From NCBI GenBank assembly GCA_017656425.1, contig JACDNV010000003.1, positions 164,212 to 228,211 of the forward strand: 64,000 nucleotides of DNA. The letters are read 5' to 3'. Numbering within the stretch: the first letter of the stretch is position 1; every line of letters begins with the position of its first letter. Shown here piece after piece: positions 1 to 10,732 of the stretch. This stretch comes from Fidelibacterota bacterium (GTDB lineage: Bacteria > Fidelibacterota > UBA2242 > B5-G15). A program made the translations under genes and the position numbers. The notes beneath the pieces are model-generated. The model saw nothing but the letters and a program-made list of their open reading frames with translations, did not search any database and was not told the DNA's origin.

Positions 1-375
1 TTTCAAATACTGATAGTTGAAAAAGTTTTCTATCCTGGTCTTTAAATGAGATATCGAAAAGGGTTTGGTAATAAAATCGTATGCACCCTTTTGAAGTGCT
101 TCAACAGCTCTTTCCACTGTTCCATACGCTGTAATTATAAATACTCCTATCCCCGGATATTTTATCTTTATAATCTCCAGTAACTTAATTCCATCCATGC
201 CTGGCATCATAAGATCAGATATAACGAGATCATAACTATTTTCCTCGAGCATATTCAGTGCAGTCTCACCATCCTTGGCATCAGAAACTTCATAACCTGA
301 TTCTTCCAGAGCTTCTTTTAAAATTGTCCTCATACTATAATCATCTTCAACTATTAGTAATTTTTTCCCAGGCAT
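1..375 (-). CDS. Response regulator receiver domain, NtrC/FleR-like, running off the window edge (5' part only)
   Basis: Not in ORF track; manual translation from ATG at 375: MPGKKLLIVEDD...YDLVISDLMMPGMDG...IITAYGTVERAVEALQKGAYDFITKPF, typical of sigma54-activator receivers; G-rich RBS upstream. An AAA+ domain cannot be seen in the window. Confidence 0.8.
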   Translation of the reverse strand, partial: MPGKKLLIVEDDYSMRTILKEALEESGYEVSDAKDGETALNMLEENSYDLVISDLMMPGMDGIKLLEIIKIKYPGIGVFIITAYGTVERAVEALQKGAYDFITKPFSISHLKTRIENFFNYQYLK

Positions 376-466
376 AACCCCCTACCTATCCAATAACTAA
401 CAAAAATTAATAATATTATATTAATACGTAAATAAAAATATGGAAAAATTTGCCTAATTTACAATT

Positions 467-1024
467 TCACTTAGGCTCTTCTTCATCTTTTATATCATAG
501 GCTCTTGATAGAGTCTCGCGGTCTGCTCCAACTTTTTTATATATTTCTCCAGGTATGTTTCTTTTTATATCAGTCGATGGAATTAGCTTTTTGACTTCCT
601 TTTCAAGATTCTCTTTCTCTTTTTTCAAATTTGAAATTTGACTATCTTTGGATTTTAGTTCACGGCGCATTTTAAAATATCTGGTAGCTACTTTGATGGC
701 TACCGCCACCAACTCCGATCTAATTGGCTCCATTATAAAAAAATCGGCAATTCCCTGATCAAATAGTTCCTTTACGTCTAAAACCTGGGTGATATCATAA
801 GTTATTATAACAAACCGATTCTCAAGACTAAGTATAAATTGTTTTAACTGCTGATTAATTAAGGAATTTTCAATAACAATGATAAAAAATTCCTGATTAT
901 TTTTTTCGATCTCGGAGATACCATTATATATCTTGATATCAGCTTCTATATCTTCGATGGAATATTTTACAAGTTTTCTTAAATATTCATTAGATGTTAT
1001 TACGCACAGATTTATATTGTCCAT
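467..1024 (-). CDS. Degenerate (pseudo-)receiver domain protein with coiled-coil C-terminus
   Basis: REC-like pattern (ELFDQGIADFFIMEPI) lacking the acidic pocket and conserved Lys; heptad-like tail. Confidence 0.55.
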   Translation of the reverse strand: MDNINLCVITSNEYLRKLVKYSIEDIEADIKIYNGISEIEKNNQEFFIIVIENSLINQQLKQFILSLENRFVIITYDITQVLDVKELFDQGIADFFIMEPIRSELVAVAIKVATRYFKMRRELKSKDSQISNLKKEKENLEKEVKKLIPSTDIKRNIPGEIYKKVGADRETLSRAYDIKDEEEPK

Positions 1025-2376
1025 TATGAAATAATTGATTTAAAAAGATTTTCTTTAAGGCTTATAAATATATCTCCGAATTTTTCGCCATCTTCTGGAT
1101 AGTTTGCAAATCCGTATGCTAAGGCAATATAACTTTTCTTAACTTGATTAAAATATTTATCCTTTATTCTCTTTCTAATTTCCTCATATCCCTTCTCGAT
1201 GTCAATTGGATGTAATCTGGGTATAGCTACAATCAAAGTATCTATGCCATCGTTTAAGACCTCTATATCACTACCGAACTTATTTTTTATCTCAGATTCA
1301 ACGTCACTTAAAACTGCATTTATATCTTTGGTTTCATCAAAATCCACTATAGGAATTAACCTAACAAGTGAAAAAGTCACACCTTCGTTGAGATTTTGAG
1401 CCTCACGTAATTTATCTCTAATCAGCTTTTGAACGACACTCTCATAATTTGATTCGGTTTTGATTCCCCCGCAGATCATTCCAATCGCTGGCGCAATTTG
1501 TATTGAGATAATACTCCAGAGTTTTATATAATCCTCGATAGAAAAAACACCATCACTAGGCAGGTCAAAAACACAAAGGAATCCATATACCTCATCCATA
1601 TACTTTATTGGAACTACAAAAGATAAACCATAATCTTCTTTTATATCCAGACTTCTTGAACCAACCTTTATCTCCTTATTAAGTTTATCCAAAACTATTA
1701 TCTCTTCACCATTGATCTTTTTCCCATTAATTTCTTCTCCTAAGGAGAAATAAAAATTTTTACCAAACTTATCAGAAATGCCATGTGAGGAATCAACAAC
1801 GAACCTATCCCCCTTCTTTAAAAGGAGCGCCATCTTTTTAATTTTCAATCCTTCGGTTATTGTATCAATTATGATACCTTTTGCAAAGTCTACATTATCA
1901 ACCTGATAAAGTATAGAACAAACCTCATAAAGTGTAGTTACAGTATAAAGCATTTCTTTCATTTTATTTGTAAGCGCAGAATTTTCTCTGCTCAGATATA
2001 ACTTTTCTGCAGCTCTATTTAAAACTACAAGGAGTTCCTTCAAATTAAATGGCTTACGTATATAATCATACACCCCATATTTTATTGCTTCGATTGCACT
2101 ATCTGTGGTTGCAAAACCTGTAATTATTATAACCTGAGAATCCTTGTTTAAATCTTTTAACTTTTTTACTATATCCATACCAGTAAAATGAGGCATTACT
2201 AGGTCAGTAAGTATTATATCGAAGTTCTTTTCTTCAATCATTGACATAGCCACTTTAGAATCGTCAGTTACCTCCACATTATATCCTTTTTCAGATAAAA
2301 AGAATTTCAATTGATCCAATATTAATTTTTCATCATCAATAATTAATACTTTTACATCCTCAGGTTTAATTTCCAT
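1024..2376 (-). CDS. Response regulator: REC + GAF-like + degenerate GGDEF-like domain
   Basis: Intact REC (LIIDDE, LTDLVMP, IITG, IRKPF); VVPIKYMDEVYGFLCV GAF pattern; C-terminal GIDTL and YGFANYPEDG resemble a GGDEF fold. Confidence 0.75.
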   Translation of the reverse strand: MEIKPEDVKVLIIDDEKLILDQLKFFLSEKGYNVEVTDDSKVAMSMIEEKNFDIILTDLVMPHFTGMDIVKKLKDLNKDSQVIIITGFATTDSAIEAIKYGVYDYIRKPFNLKELLVVLNRAAEKLYLSRENSALTNKMKEMLYTVTTLYEVCSILYQVDNVDFAKGIIIDTITEGLKIKKMALLLKKGDRFVVDSSHGISDKFGKNFYFSLGEEINGKKINGEEIIVLDKLNKEIKVGSRSLDIKEDYGLSFVVPIKYMDEVYGFLCVFDLPSDGVFSIEDYIKLWSIISIQIAPAIGMICGGIKTESNYESVVQKLIRDKLREAQNLNEGVTFSLVRLIPIVDFDETKDINAVLSDVESEIKNKFGSDIEVLNDGIDTLIVAIPRLHPIDIEKGYEEIRKRIKDKYFNQVKKSYIALAYGFANYPEDGEKFGDIFISLKENLFKSIIS

Positions 2377-3748
2377 CTACTTTCTCCTCATCTAATTTTT
2401 CAAAAATTAACTCATCACCCAACTTATAAACCTTTACTCGTTCGTAACTTTTTGTGGTAAGATGATTATAATTTCCAAAGGTTAGAATGACATTGCGATG
2501 AAGCACTTTATTCACTATTATACATTTATCAGAAAGGACCTCCTTATCAAAATGATCACTCTCTTTTTCTTCCTCCAGTAACTTATTATATTGTTCTTCA
2601 AGTTCCTTCAGCTTCACTATGGATTCAACGAGTTCCCTAATTTTAGCTTCTGATAATGAGGGTGCTCTCTCTTTAAGAAGTTTCAGGAATGCTACCTTTT
2701 TACTCACTAAAGAAATCTGTTCATTAAGTTCTTCTCTCATCTCAGCAAATTTACTCTTACGAAACTCCACTTCTAATAATTCAGTAGCAGCAATGCCAAC
2801 TTCAGTTAGGATTCCCTGCTCACTTCCTATTTCATTAGCTATGATTTTGTTTTTTGCAAATACTTTTCCACCTCTGATTATTCCCTCATTATTATTAACT
2901 ATAACATTTCCATCACATTCGACATTTGAATTTATTATATATCTTTCTACAAGAATATCATTCTTCACTTTAACAAAGGCGTCCTGTATGTAAGTAGACT
3001 TAAGATTGTTACCCGACTTAATTCTCGCCCTGCCATGCCCAATAATACCTAATCCAATTATTACATCCCCATTTTTGGATGTTACATAACCTGCTTCTAC
3101 ACTTCCACCAATGTGAACCGTCCCAGCAGCTTCAACAAGAAAACCTGATTTTACATCTCCTTCCACATTTAGAGATCCAAGGGTTTTAATATTTCCACTA
3201 CTATAATCAACATTTTTCACTGTGATAACTTTATCAACATTTACTTTACCATTCTTAAGGTATGCATATCCATCTATATCAGCATAAAGTGTGAGCCCAT
3301 CTTCTGAAATAGTTGTATTTTTGCCACCTGGCAAACTTACATCTTTGCCTGGGATAACAATTTCCTCACCAGTCACTGCTATCCCGGGTCTACCAGATGT
3401 CCTCGGGAGCTTACTTACAATCTCCTGACCTTTCTTCACATATTCAAACAATTTGAGCTCTTTTAAATCTACATAATCTTCTTCATTATCAATTGGCTTT
3501 GTTGATATGTCAACATACCATACAAGTTTAGCATCTTCGCCAGGTACTGGAGGAGTCCCATCAGCAATTAACAAATTTTTAACAGGCTCTTTTTTCTCTA
3601 GCAATTTATTTATAATATTTTCTTTTATCCCATGTGTTACTCCAGACTTCCATATCATGTCCATTAATTCCACTTTTGAAGGGATTTTATCCTTTTCATC
3701 AATTGTTATATAAGCTTTTAGCTTATCCTCAGATATCTCTATTTTCAT
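2366..3748 (-). CDS. FapA/DUF342 family flagellar assembly protein
   Basis: ISEDKLKAYI start, GTPPVPGEDA, VDYSSGNI, beta-helix repeats, coiled coil, 460 aa. Confidence 0.85.
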   Translation of the reverse strand: MKIEISEDKLKAYITIDEKDKIPSKVELMDMIWKSGVTHGIKENIINKLLEKKEPVKNLLIADGTPPVPGEDAKLVWYVDISTKPIDNEEDYVDLKELKLFEYVKKGQEIVSKLPRTSGRPGIAVTGEEIVIPGKDVSLPGGKNTTISEDGLTLYADIDGYAYLKNGKVNVDKVITVKNVDYSSGNIKTLGSLNVEGDVKSGFLVEAAGTVHIGGSVEAGYVTSKNGDVIIGLGIIGHGRARIKSGNNLKSTYIQDAFVKVKNDILVERYIINSNVECDGNVIVNNNEGIIRGGKVFAKNKIIANEIGSEQGILTEVGIAATELLEVEFRKSKFAEMREELNEQISLVSKKVAFLKLLKERAPSLSEAKIRELVESIVKLKELEEQYNKLLEEEKESDHFDKEVLSDKCIIVNKVLHRNVILTFGNYNHLTTKSYERVKVYKLGDELIFEKLDEEKVDGN

Positions 3749-3763
3749 TTTAATGTCACCACA

Positions 3764-4000
3764 TCATTTATATTCAAAATACACTTCTGCTTCATTTCCA
3801 CAACCACATATGAATTTAATGCCCACAATTTCATCACCATCATAAATTGGGTCAATTTTTACTTCACGCTCTTTCTTTAAATCACCACCTATAATTTTTT
3901 TATCACCTTTAACAGAAGCACTTTTTAATACCTTTGGAATTCTTTTTGCACTTTCCTGTATAAAAGGCAAATCTTTTAAAATATCAGATTTATTTTTCAT
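3764..4000 (-). CDS. Small hypothetical protein with CxC motif
   Basis: 78 aa, ATGA overlap with upstream cheZ-like gene; GDEIVGIKFICGCG. Confidence 0.7.
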   Translation of the reverse strand: MKNKSDILKDLPFIQESAKRIPKVLKSASVKGDKKIIGGDLKKEREVKIDPIYDGDEIVGIKFICGCGNEAEVYFEYK

Positions 4001-4635
4001 TCAATATCCCCGCTCTTAAATATATTATCAATATCTTCCTGACTTATATTTTTATGTCTAACTTTATCCTCAATCTTATTTTTAAATTCCTCACTTAATC
4101 TATTAAAACCTTCGGTCTGCATCTCTGCCTCTATAGCTGCAATGATTTGTTTACCTACCTTTGTTTTTATTTTTATACCCCTTATCTTTTTAAATAATTC
4201 TGTAAACTTCTGATTTATCGCTGTAAGTATCTCATTAGCATGCTCCAGTTTCTGAGCGGTTATATCCTGAAACTGCAGAGCATACATAATATTCATTAGA
4301 TCATCCTTTAGCCTTTCTATTTTGTCAAAATTTTCTTTTGTAGTCTCCTTTTCTATATATTCGAGGGTTTTAAAGACATTCTCAAGTCTATCCAAAATCT
4401 CTTGAGTAGCCATTTCTGTTGTTTTATTCACATCAATAATTCTATCTTTTGCATCAGGCAGAGTAAACTTGGTATCAGTAATAGAACTAATTGCATGAGA
4501 AAGAAGAGGGACTACTTCTTTAACAAATTTAAACAAATCACTCAAGAATGGTAGGATCTCATCTCCAATTCTAAAAAATTCACGCATTTCTTCAATTTTA
4601 ATAAGTATCTCCTCATAGTTTTCACTTACCTTCAT
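3997..4635 (-). CDS. cheZ: CheZ-like phosphatase
   Basis: TEMATQEILD and ALQFQDITAQK (DxxxQ catalytic motif); C-terminal ISQEDIDNIF CheY-binding-like peptide; follows cheY. Confidence 0.8.
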   Translation of the reverse strand: MKVSENYEEILIKIEEMREFFRIGDEILPFLSDLFKFVKEVVPLLSHAISSITDTKFTLPDAKDRIIDVNKTTEMATQEILDRLENVFKTLEYIEKETTKENFDKIERLKDDLMNIMYALQFQDITAQKLEHANEILTAINQKFTELFKKIRGIKIKTKVGKQIIAAIEAEMQTEGFNRLSEEFKNKIEDKVRHKNISQEDIDNIFKSGDIE

Positions 4636-4644
4636 AACGCCACC

Positions 4645-5019
4645 CTATTTATTTAAAACATCATCAATTTTCTCTTTCAAAACATCCGGAGTAAATGGCT
4701 TGATTATATAACCTTTTACTCCGAGTTTTACTGCTGTTATCACATCTTCTTTCATCCCCCTTGTCGTAATCATTATAATAGGAATATCTCTCAGTGAATC
4801 ATTCTTTTTTAATTCAGTAACAAATTGCTCACCATTCATCTCAGGCATATTCCAATCAGTTAATATTAAGTCATAGCTTTCCTTACCAAGCATCTCTAAA
4901 GCTTCCAGCCCTCCTGACGCTTCGCCAATATCCGTATATCCAATTTTATTTAATGCATTCACAATAATTCTTCTCATCGTGGGAGAATCATCAACAATTA
5001 ATATTTTAATATTAGCCAT
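4645..5019 (-). CDS. cheY: Chemotaxis response regulator CheY
   Basis: Single REC domain: VDDSPTMRRII, LTDWNMPEM, MITT, IKPF. Confidence 0.9.
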   Translation of the reverse strand: MANIKILIVDDSPTMRRIIVNALNKIGYTDIGEASGGLEALEMLGKESYDLILTDWNMPEMNGEQFVTELKKNDSLRDIPIIMITTRGMKEDVITAVKLGVKGYIIKPFTPDVLKEKIDDVLNK

Positions 5020-5021
5020 TT

Positions 5022-5903
5022 TTAAATTTCCTCCTGTTGAATAAAATCCTTTATTTTTTCAAGACTGAGCTGGATATCTTCCTCCAAATCATTTAAACTT
5101 ATATCTTCAAGGACATCAAACCTTTCTTTCAAATAATTAATACTTTTTGTATCATTTAAAATATTGGTACTCATAAATCCTAACTCTATACGATTTGCAA
5201 GATAATCTGCTAAATTTATAATACTCGCGATATCTTTCATATATATATTTTCAATCTTATCGATTTCATGATGCTTTCCAATTATTATGACAAACTCCTC
5301 TGGTAAATTCCACTCTTGTGCAATTAGCTCTCCTGCTTGATCATGAGAAATTCTCAAATACTTTTTCTCTATTTCAGCACCAATCTTATCAGTATCGCTT
5401 GTTTCTTCAAAAGCTTCAATGAACCTTTTCTCATCTATGCGATAAAGAACTATTTTACCAATGTCATGAAGTAATCCATGGGAATAGATTCCGCTATGTA
5501 CAGGCACACCAACTCTATCCGCAAGCGTTTGGGCTATATAACCACAGGCTATTGAATGTTTCCATAGTTGTTTCCAATTAATTTTGTGTTTTCCAGATGG
5601 GGTTAGTATCTTTATTATAGAAAAAGCAATTGCTATTCTGCTTATTTCATTGAAACCAAGCAAAACAATCGCATGCTTTAGTGATTTTACTCCGTACCTC
5701 AGACCATAATATGCCGAATTAGCAACCCTTAACACTTTCATTGCTAGAGGAGGATCCTTTTCTATTACTTCAAGAATTTTATTTATAGTTATATCTTCAT
5801 CTCTGACAATTCTTAGTATTTCTGTAGCTATACTCGGCAATGTTGGAAGATTTTTTATCTCTTTTATCCTTTGAGCTATTTCATAATTCATTACGTCACT
5901 CAT
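5022..5903 (-). CDS. HDOD domain protein
   Basis: LPTLP, DPPLAMKVLRVANSAYYG, WKHS, GLLHDIGK, EWNLP, HH. Confidence 0.9.
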   Translation of the reverse strand: MSDVMNYEIAQRIKEIKNLPTLPSIATEILRIVRDEDITINKILEVIEKDPPLAMKVLRVANSAYYGLRYGVKSLKHAIVLLGFNEISRIAIAFSIIKILTPSGKHKINWKQLWKHSIACGYIAQTLADRVGVPVHSGIYSHGLLHDIGKIVLYRIDEKRFIEAFEETSDTDKIGAEIEKKYLRISHDQAGELIAQEWNLPEEFVIIIGKHHEIDKIENIYMKDIASIINLADYLANRIELGFMSTNILNDTKSINYLKERFDVLEDISLNDLEEDIQLSLEKIKDFIQQEEI

Positions 5904-5922
5904 AATATTTCATTCTCAATTT

Positions 5923-5939
5923 CTCAAATCAAATGCCAA
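5923..5939 (-). promoter_or_regulatory. Putative sigma54 (-24/-12) promoter, variant -12
   Basis: Minus strand TTGGCATTTGATTTGAG = GG-N10-GA, in the cheB-HDOD gap. Confidence 0.55.
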
Positions 5940-5989
5940 ATACATTCTCAGTCATGTTAGTACTTCCCATAAAAAGCAAATAGGGAATT

Positions 5990-7021
<1,032 letters not shown>

Positions 7022-7486
7022 CTAATCCTCAAATTGAAAATGTATTAAAACTGGATAATCATCAACAATACAAAGAATTGAGTCCTCGTTATTATAATAG
7101 GAGTTCCAGTCCTTCTTCTTTATTCTTTTAATCTGAGGAACAGTGAGATCAAAAACCGCTTTTTTCCCTTTTAAATCAGTAAGCACATGACCACAGGTAA
7201 CATTTAATATCTCTTTTAAAGCGTCCTCAGCACAACTCGAAACTTTTTCATCGTCCGGCTCTACGCCCAAGAAATTGGCAGCGATCTCCGGGCACATCTT
7301 TTCAGGGACAATCAGTGATAACTTGCCTCTTCCTTCACCCTTAAAAGTCATAAATGCCAGTAGAAAACTATCGTATTCAATCTCAAGCTCCTCTTCATCC
7401 ACTTCATCACCAAACATAAATGCCGATTTTTCAATAGTCTCATAAAACGCATTTTTAATAATCTCCTTAGACTCATCACTCAACAT
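7022..7486 (-). CDS. CheX/CheC-like phosphatase
   Basis: DALKEILNVTCG (ExxN motif), FDLTVP; 154 aa next to cheY. Confidence 0.75.
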   Translation of the reverse strand: MLSDESKEIIKNAFYETIEKSAFMFGDEVDEEELEIEYDSFLLAFMTFKGEGRGKLSLIVPEKMCPEIAANFLGVEPDDEKVSSCAEDALKEILNVTCGHVLTDLKGKKAVFDLTVPQIKRIKKKDWNSYYNNEDSILCIVDDYPVLIHFQFED

Positions 7487-7488
7487 AC

Positions 7489-7869
7489 TTAAACTCCCCC
7501 TACTACTTCATCAACAACTTTCTTTAACATCTCTGGTTTAAAAGGTTTTCTAATATATGCACGCACTCCCTTTGATTTTAAATCATCGATTCTTGTCTCA
7601 CTTCCTTCTGTGGAAATTATTACAACAGGAATTGAACTCAATATTCCATCCCTATTCATAATATCTATCATTTCCAACCCTGTCATAACTGGCATGTTTA
7701 TATCAACAAAAACAAGGTCAATCCATTCCTTATTCAATATTTCCAGTCCTTCTCTACCATTTTCTGCTTCAAATACAGTACTAGTTGGTACACCGGCTAT
7801 ATCAAGAGATTTCTTAATAACAAACCTAACAACCTTCGAATCATCAACAATTAAAACATTAAGTCCCAC
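7489..7869 (-). CDS. cheY: Single-domain CheY-like response regulator
   Basis: VDDS, FVDINMP, IISTEG, IRKPF; GTG start with GGAGG RBS. Confidence 0.85.
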   Translation of the reverse strand: MGLNVLIVDDSKVVRFVIKKSLDIAGVPTSTVFEAENGREGLEILNKEWIDLVFVDINMPVMTGLEMIDIMNRDGILSSIPVVIISTEGSETRIDDLKSKGVRAYIRKPFKPEMLKKVVDEVVGGV

Positions 7870-7882
7870 CTTTAATCCTCCT

Positions 7883-8731
7883 TTATAGAGAAAATAAACT
7901 TACTTTAATTTTTTCAAGTTCGTCTATCATAAAGCTAGCTGTTTTTTCAATTACTTTTGAAGTGATTTTATATTTCTTCAACAAACTACAGTCAGCTCTA
8001 TAAAAAAGGCCATCGACCCCCATTCCGAATCCCACAATCCTGGATATCGAATCCGATATATGAACACAAATAAGAGATATATTATTTTCATTATACCTGT
8101 TAATGTCATGGTGCCCCTTCACAACTTTTATTATACTCTCTGGCAATTCCCATGCTTCAAGCAGCATCCCTCCAATTTCTCCATGGTCAATACCTATGAC
8201 CTCCCTTTCCGCTTCATTATAAGGGACACAATTACTAATCGAATAATCTATAACCTTGCTAATATCTATATTAAGGTAATTTCCAATTACAATCTTACCT
8301 ATATCATGGAGAATACCCGTTGTGTACAAATAATCAGGTTTTCTAACACCAAGCAAGTCTGCCAGTCTTTCAGCCCCAATAGCTGTTGTAACCGAATGTT
8401 CCCATAGTTTTCCTGGAGGTATATCATAACCTTTTACCTCTTTAGACAATGTCGGTGTCAAAAAGTACATTGTTACTATTTCAAAAATTTTAGTTGCACC
8501 TAAACGAACTACTGCTTGTCTTATATCATCAATAGGTTTTATTGAACCATAATATGCTGAATTAACCACCTTTAAAATATATGCAACCAGTGCAGGATCA
8601 TATTTAACTATCTCTGAAAGCCTCTTAAAGTCCACATCAGGACTATTGACAATTTCATAGATTTCCATAACGATAGCAGGTATTGCTGGTATCTCCTTTA
8701 TTTTTGATAATATATTTTCCTTTTTAATCAT
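7883..8731 (-). CDS. HDOD domain protein
   Basis: IPAIP, DPALVAYILKVVNSAYYG, WEHS, GILHDIGK, AWELP, GHH. Confidence 0.9.
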   Translation of the reverse strand: MIKKENILSKIKEIPAIPAIVMEIYEIVNSPDVDFKRLSEIVKYDPALVAYILKVVNSAYYGSIKPIDDIRQAVVRLGATKIFEIVTMYFLTPTLSKEVKGYDIPPGKLWEHSVTTAIGAERLADLLGVRKPDYLYTTGILHDIGKIVIGNYLNIDISKVIDYSISNCVPYNEAEREVIGIDHGEIGGMLLEAWELPESIIKVVKGHHDINRYNENNISLICVHISDSISRIVGFGMGVDGLFYRADCSLLKKYKITSKVIEKTASFMIDELEKIKVSLFSL

Positions 8732-9204
8732 ATTTCATACTCTTCTTTGCCTGATTTGACTATAACTTTGCCTGATCCCATATCAAGCAACATAGTTCTG
8801 GGCTTCGAACCTCCCACATCCTCACCAGAAATCAAAATGTTATTTTTCCATAAAAATTTTCTTACAACCATATAATTTTTTTCTCCAATTCTGAAAAAGT
8901 TATTATCATCAAGTAATGTAGCACCACCCGCCACTTTTGCAATAAGATTTTTTCTTTCGCCACCAAGGTCAAATACTTTTTTCAATAATAATTCCATTCC
9001 CAGATCAGTAAACATGAATGGATTTCTCTTTGCTTTATCGGGATCAGCTTTCGATAATGGTAACATACTGTGTAACATTGCACCAACTAGATTCTCAGGA
9101 TCATATAATACCACGCCAATACATGATCCAAGGGCATATGTTATAAGCACATCTCCATTCCCAGTAGTAAATTTCATATCTGCTATTTCAACAACTTTTA
9201 TCAC
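8728..9204 (-). CDS. cheD: Chemoreceptor glutamine deamidase CheD
   Basis: LGSCIGV, MLHSMLP, AKVAGGA, IGEKN, EDVGG. Confidence 0.95.
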   Translation of the reverse strand: MIKVVEIADMKFTTGNGDVLITYALGSCIGVVLYDPENLVGAMLHSMLPLSKADPDKAKRNPFMFTDLGMELLLKKVFDLGGERKNLIAKVAGGATLLDDNNFFRIGEKNYMVVRKFLWKNNILISGEDVGGSKPRTMLLDMGSGKVIVKSGKEEYEI

Positions 9205-9239
9205 CTTTATACCTCACTTTTAGATATTACCTTTTACCA

Positions 9240-9905
9240 TCACAAATTCAATATATTTTGCCTGCTTACATACTCAATTGCTTTATAAGATGTTATCTTT
9301 GATAATCTGTTAACAATATCAACAACTATTTCCATCTGTCTGTTTATAATCTTTATAATCTCAAGTACCTTCTCATACTCACCTTTATCAAAAAGGGGAT
9401 ATATCATTTCGAAATAACCGGACATTACCTGTAAAGGCTGATTTAACTCATGACATACAGCTCCCGTAAGCTCCAACATCCCTTTTAATTTTTCTCTTTC
9501 CATAAATTCATATTTAACCTTACTCTTTTCTAAAGCTAATAATAAAGTCTTCACAAATAATCCAACCTGTAAAGTCTCCCTTATCAAATAATCATCTGCT
9601 CCATTCTTTAAAAAATCCATAATTAAACTTTCGCTATCCTTCATAGAAACAAGAACAACAACAGGTAAGTCTTTATATGTACTCCTGAAAATTTTGAACC
9701 GCCCAATTCTATCGCCACTTTCAATAATTGAATCATATATAACTAAATCTATACCATTAAAAATATTTCGATTTTTGCTTTCCATATGATAAACACACCC
9801 AACAAAAAAGGTGATCTTCTTATAATTATTCAAAACCGACATTAAGGTTTTACTGAACTTATCATCATCTGATACTATTTTAATTTTAAATGGATTATTC
9901 TTCAT
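9240..9905 (-). CDS. Receiver + HisKA (H-box) protein without an ATPase domain
   Basis: REC-like N-terminus (GADDYLIR), then GAVCHELNQPLQVMSG; ends before any N/G boxes. Confidence 0.7.
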   Translation of the reverse strand: MKNNPFKIKIVSDDDKFSKTLMSVLNNYKKITFFVGCVYHMESKNRNIFNGIDLVIYDSIIESGDRIGRFKIFRSTYKDLPVVVLVSMKDSESLIMDFLKNGADDYLIRETLQVGLFVKTLLLALEKSKVKYEFMEREKLKGMLELTGAVCHELNQPLQVMSGYFEMIYPLFDKGEYEKVLEIIKIINRQMEIVVDIVNRLSKITSYKAIEYVSRQNILNL

Positions 9906-10725
9906 CCTTTTCCACCGATGGCTTTAAATATACAGATGGCTTAACTACTTTAAAACCGACTTCCATACCAATAATACTCTCAGAATGTCCTAGAAAAAGG
10001 TATCCTCCTGGTTTCAATAATCTATATAATTCCCTTACAAGAGACTCCCTTATAGAACTGCCAAAATATATCATAACGTTTCTACAAAATATCACATCAA
10101 GAGGACCTTTAAGCGGTAAGGGGAAATAAGATAGATTCAATCTTCGAAAAATAATATAGTTCTTAACAAAATCTGTAACTTTATATTTAACCTGACCATT
10201 TTCAATTGTCCGTATAAAAAATCTCTTCTGATAGTTGTACGGAACGTTCCGCATTTTCTCCTCATCATATTCACCCTTCTTAGCCCTATTTATAACATCA
10301 GTAGATATATCCGACCCAAGAATTCTTAAATCCATATCAGCATATGTGGGGATTGAATTTAAAATTGTAAAAGCAATACTATAAGTTTCCTCGCCCGTAG
10401 AGCATCCTGCTGACCATATTCTAAATCTTCTATATCCACTATTGACCCAGCTTATCATTATTTCCTTAAGAAAATCAAAATGATCAGCTTCTCTAAAGAA
10501 ACTTGTAACATTTGTAGTGATCACATCAATCATCTGTATTATTTCATTACCCTCTCTATCATTAATCAGATACTCAAGGTAATCATTATATGAATCTATC
10601 CTTAATGCCCTTAACCTTTTATTTAGCCTTGCACTTACTAATGCTTTTTTCTGATCAGTCAATCTTATACCACTTAGGTTATACACTATTTTTCTTAATT
10701 CTTCAAAAGTCTTATCATCTATCAT
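9895..10725 (-). CDS. cheR: Chemotaxis methyltransferase CheR
   Basis: TTNVTSFFRE, RIWSAGCSTGEE, DVIFCRNVMIYF, LGHSES. Confidence 0.97.
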   Translation of the reverse strand: MIDDKTFEELRKIVYNLSGIRLTDQKKALVSARLNKRLRALRIDSYNDYLEYLINDREGNEIIQMIDVITTNVTSFFREADHFDFLKEIMISWVNSGYRRFRIWSAGCSTGEETYSIAFTILNSIPTYADMDLRILGSDISTDVINRAKKGEYDEEKMRNVPYNYQKRFFIRTIENGQVKYKVTDFVKNYIIFRRLNLSYFPLPLKGPLDVIFCRNVMIYFGSSIRESLVRELYRLLKPGGYLFLGHSESIIGMEVGFKVVKPSVYLKPSVEKDEE

Positions 10726-10732
10726 CTACACT

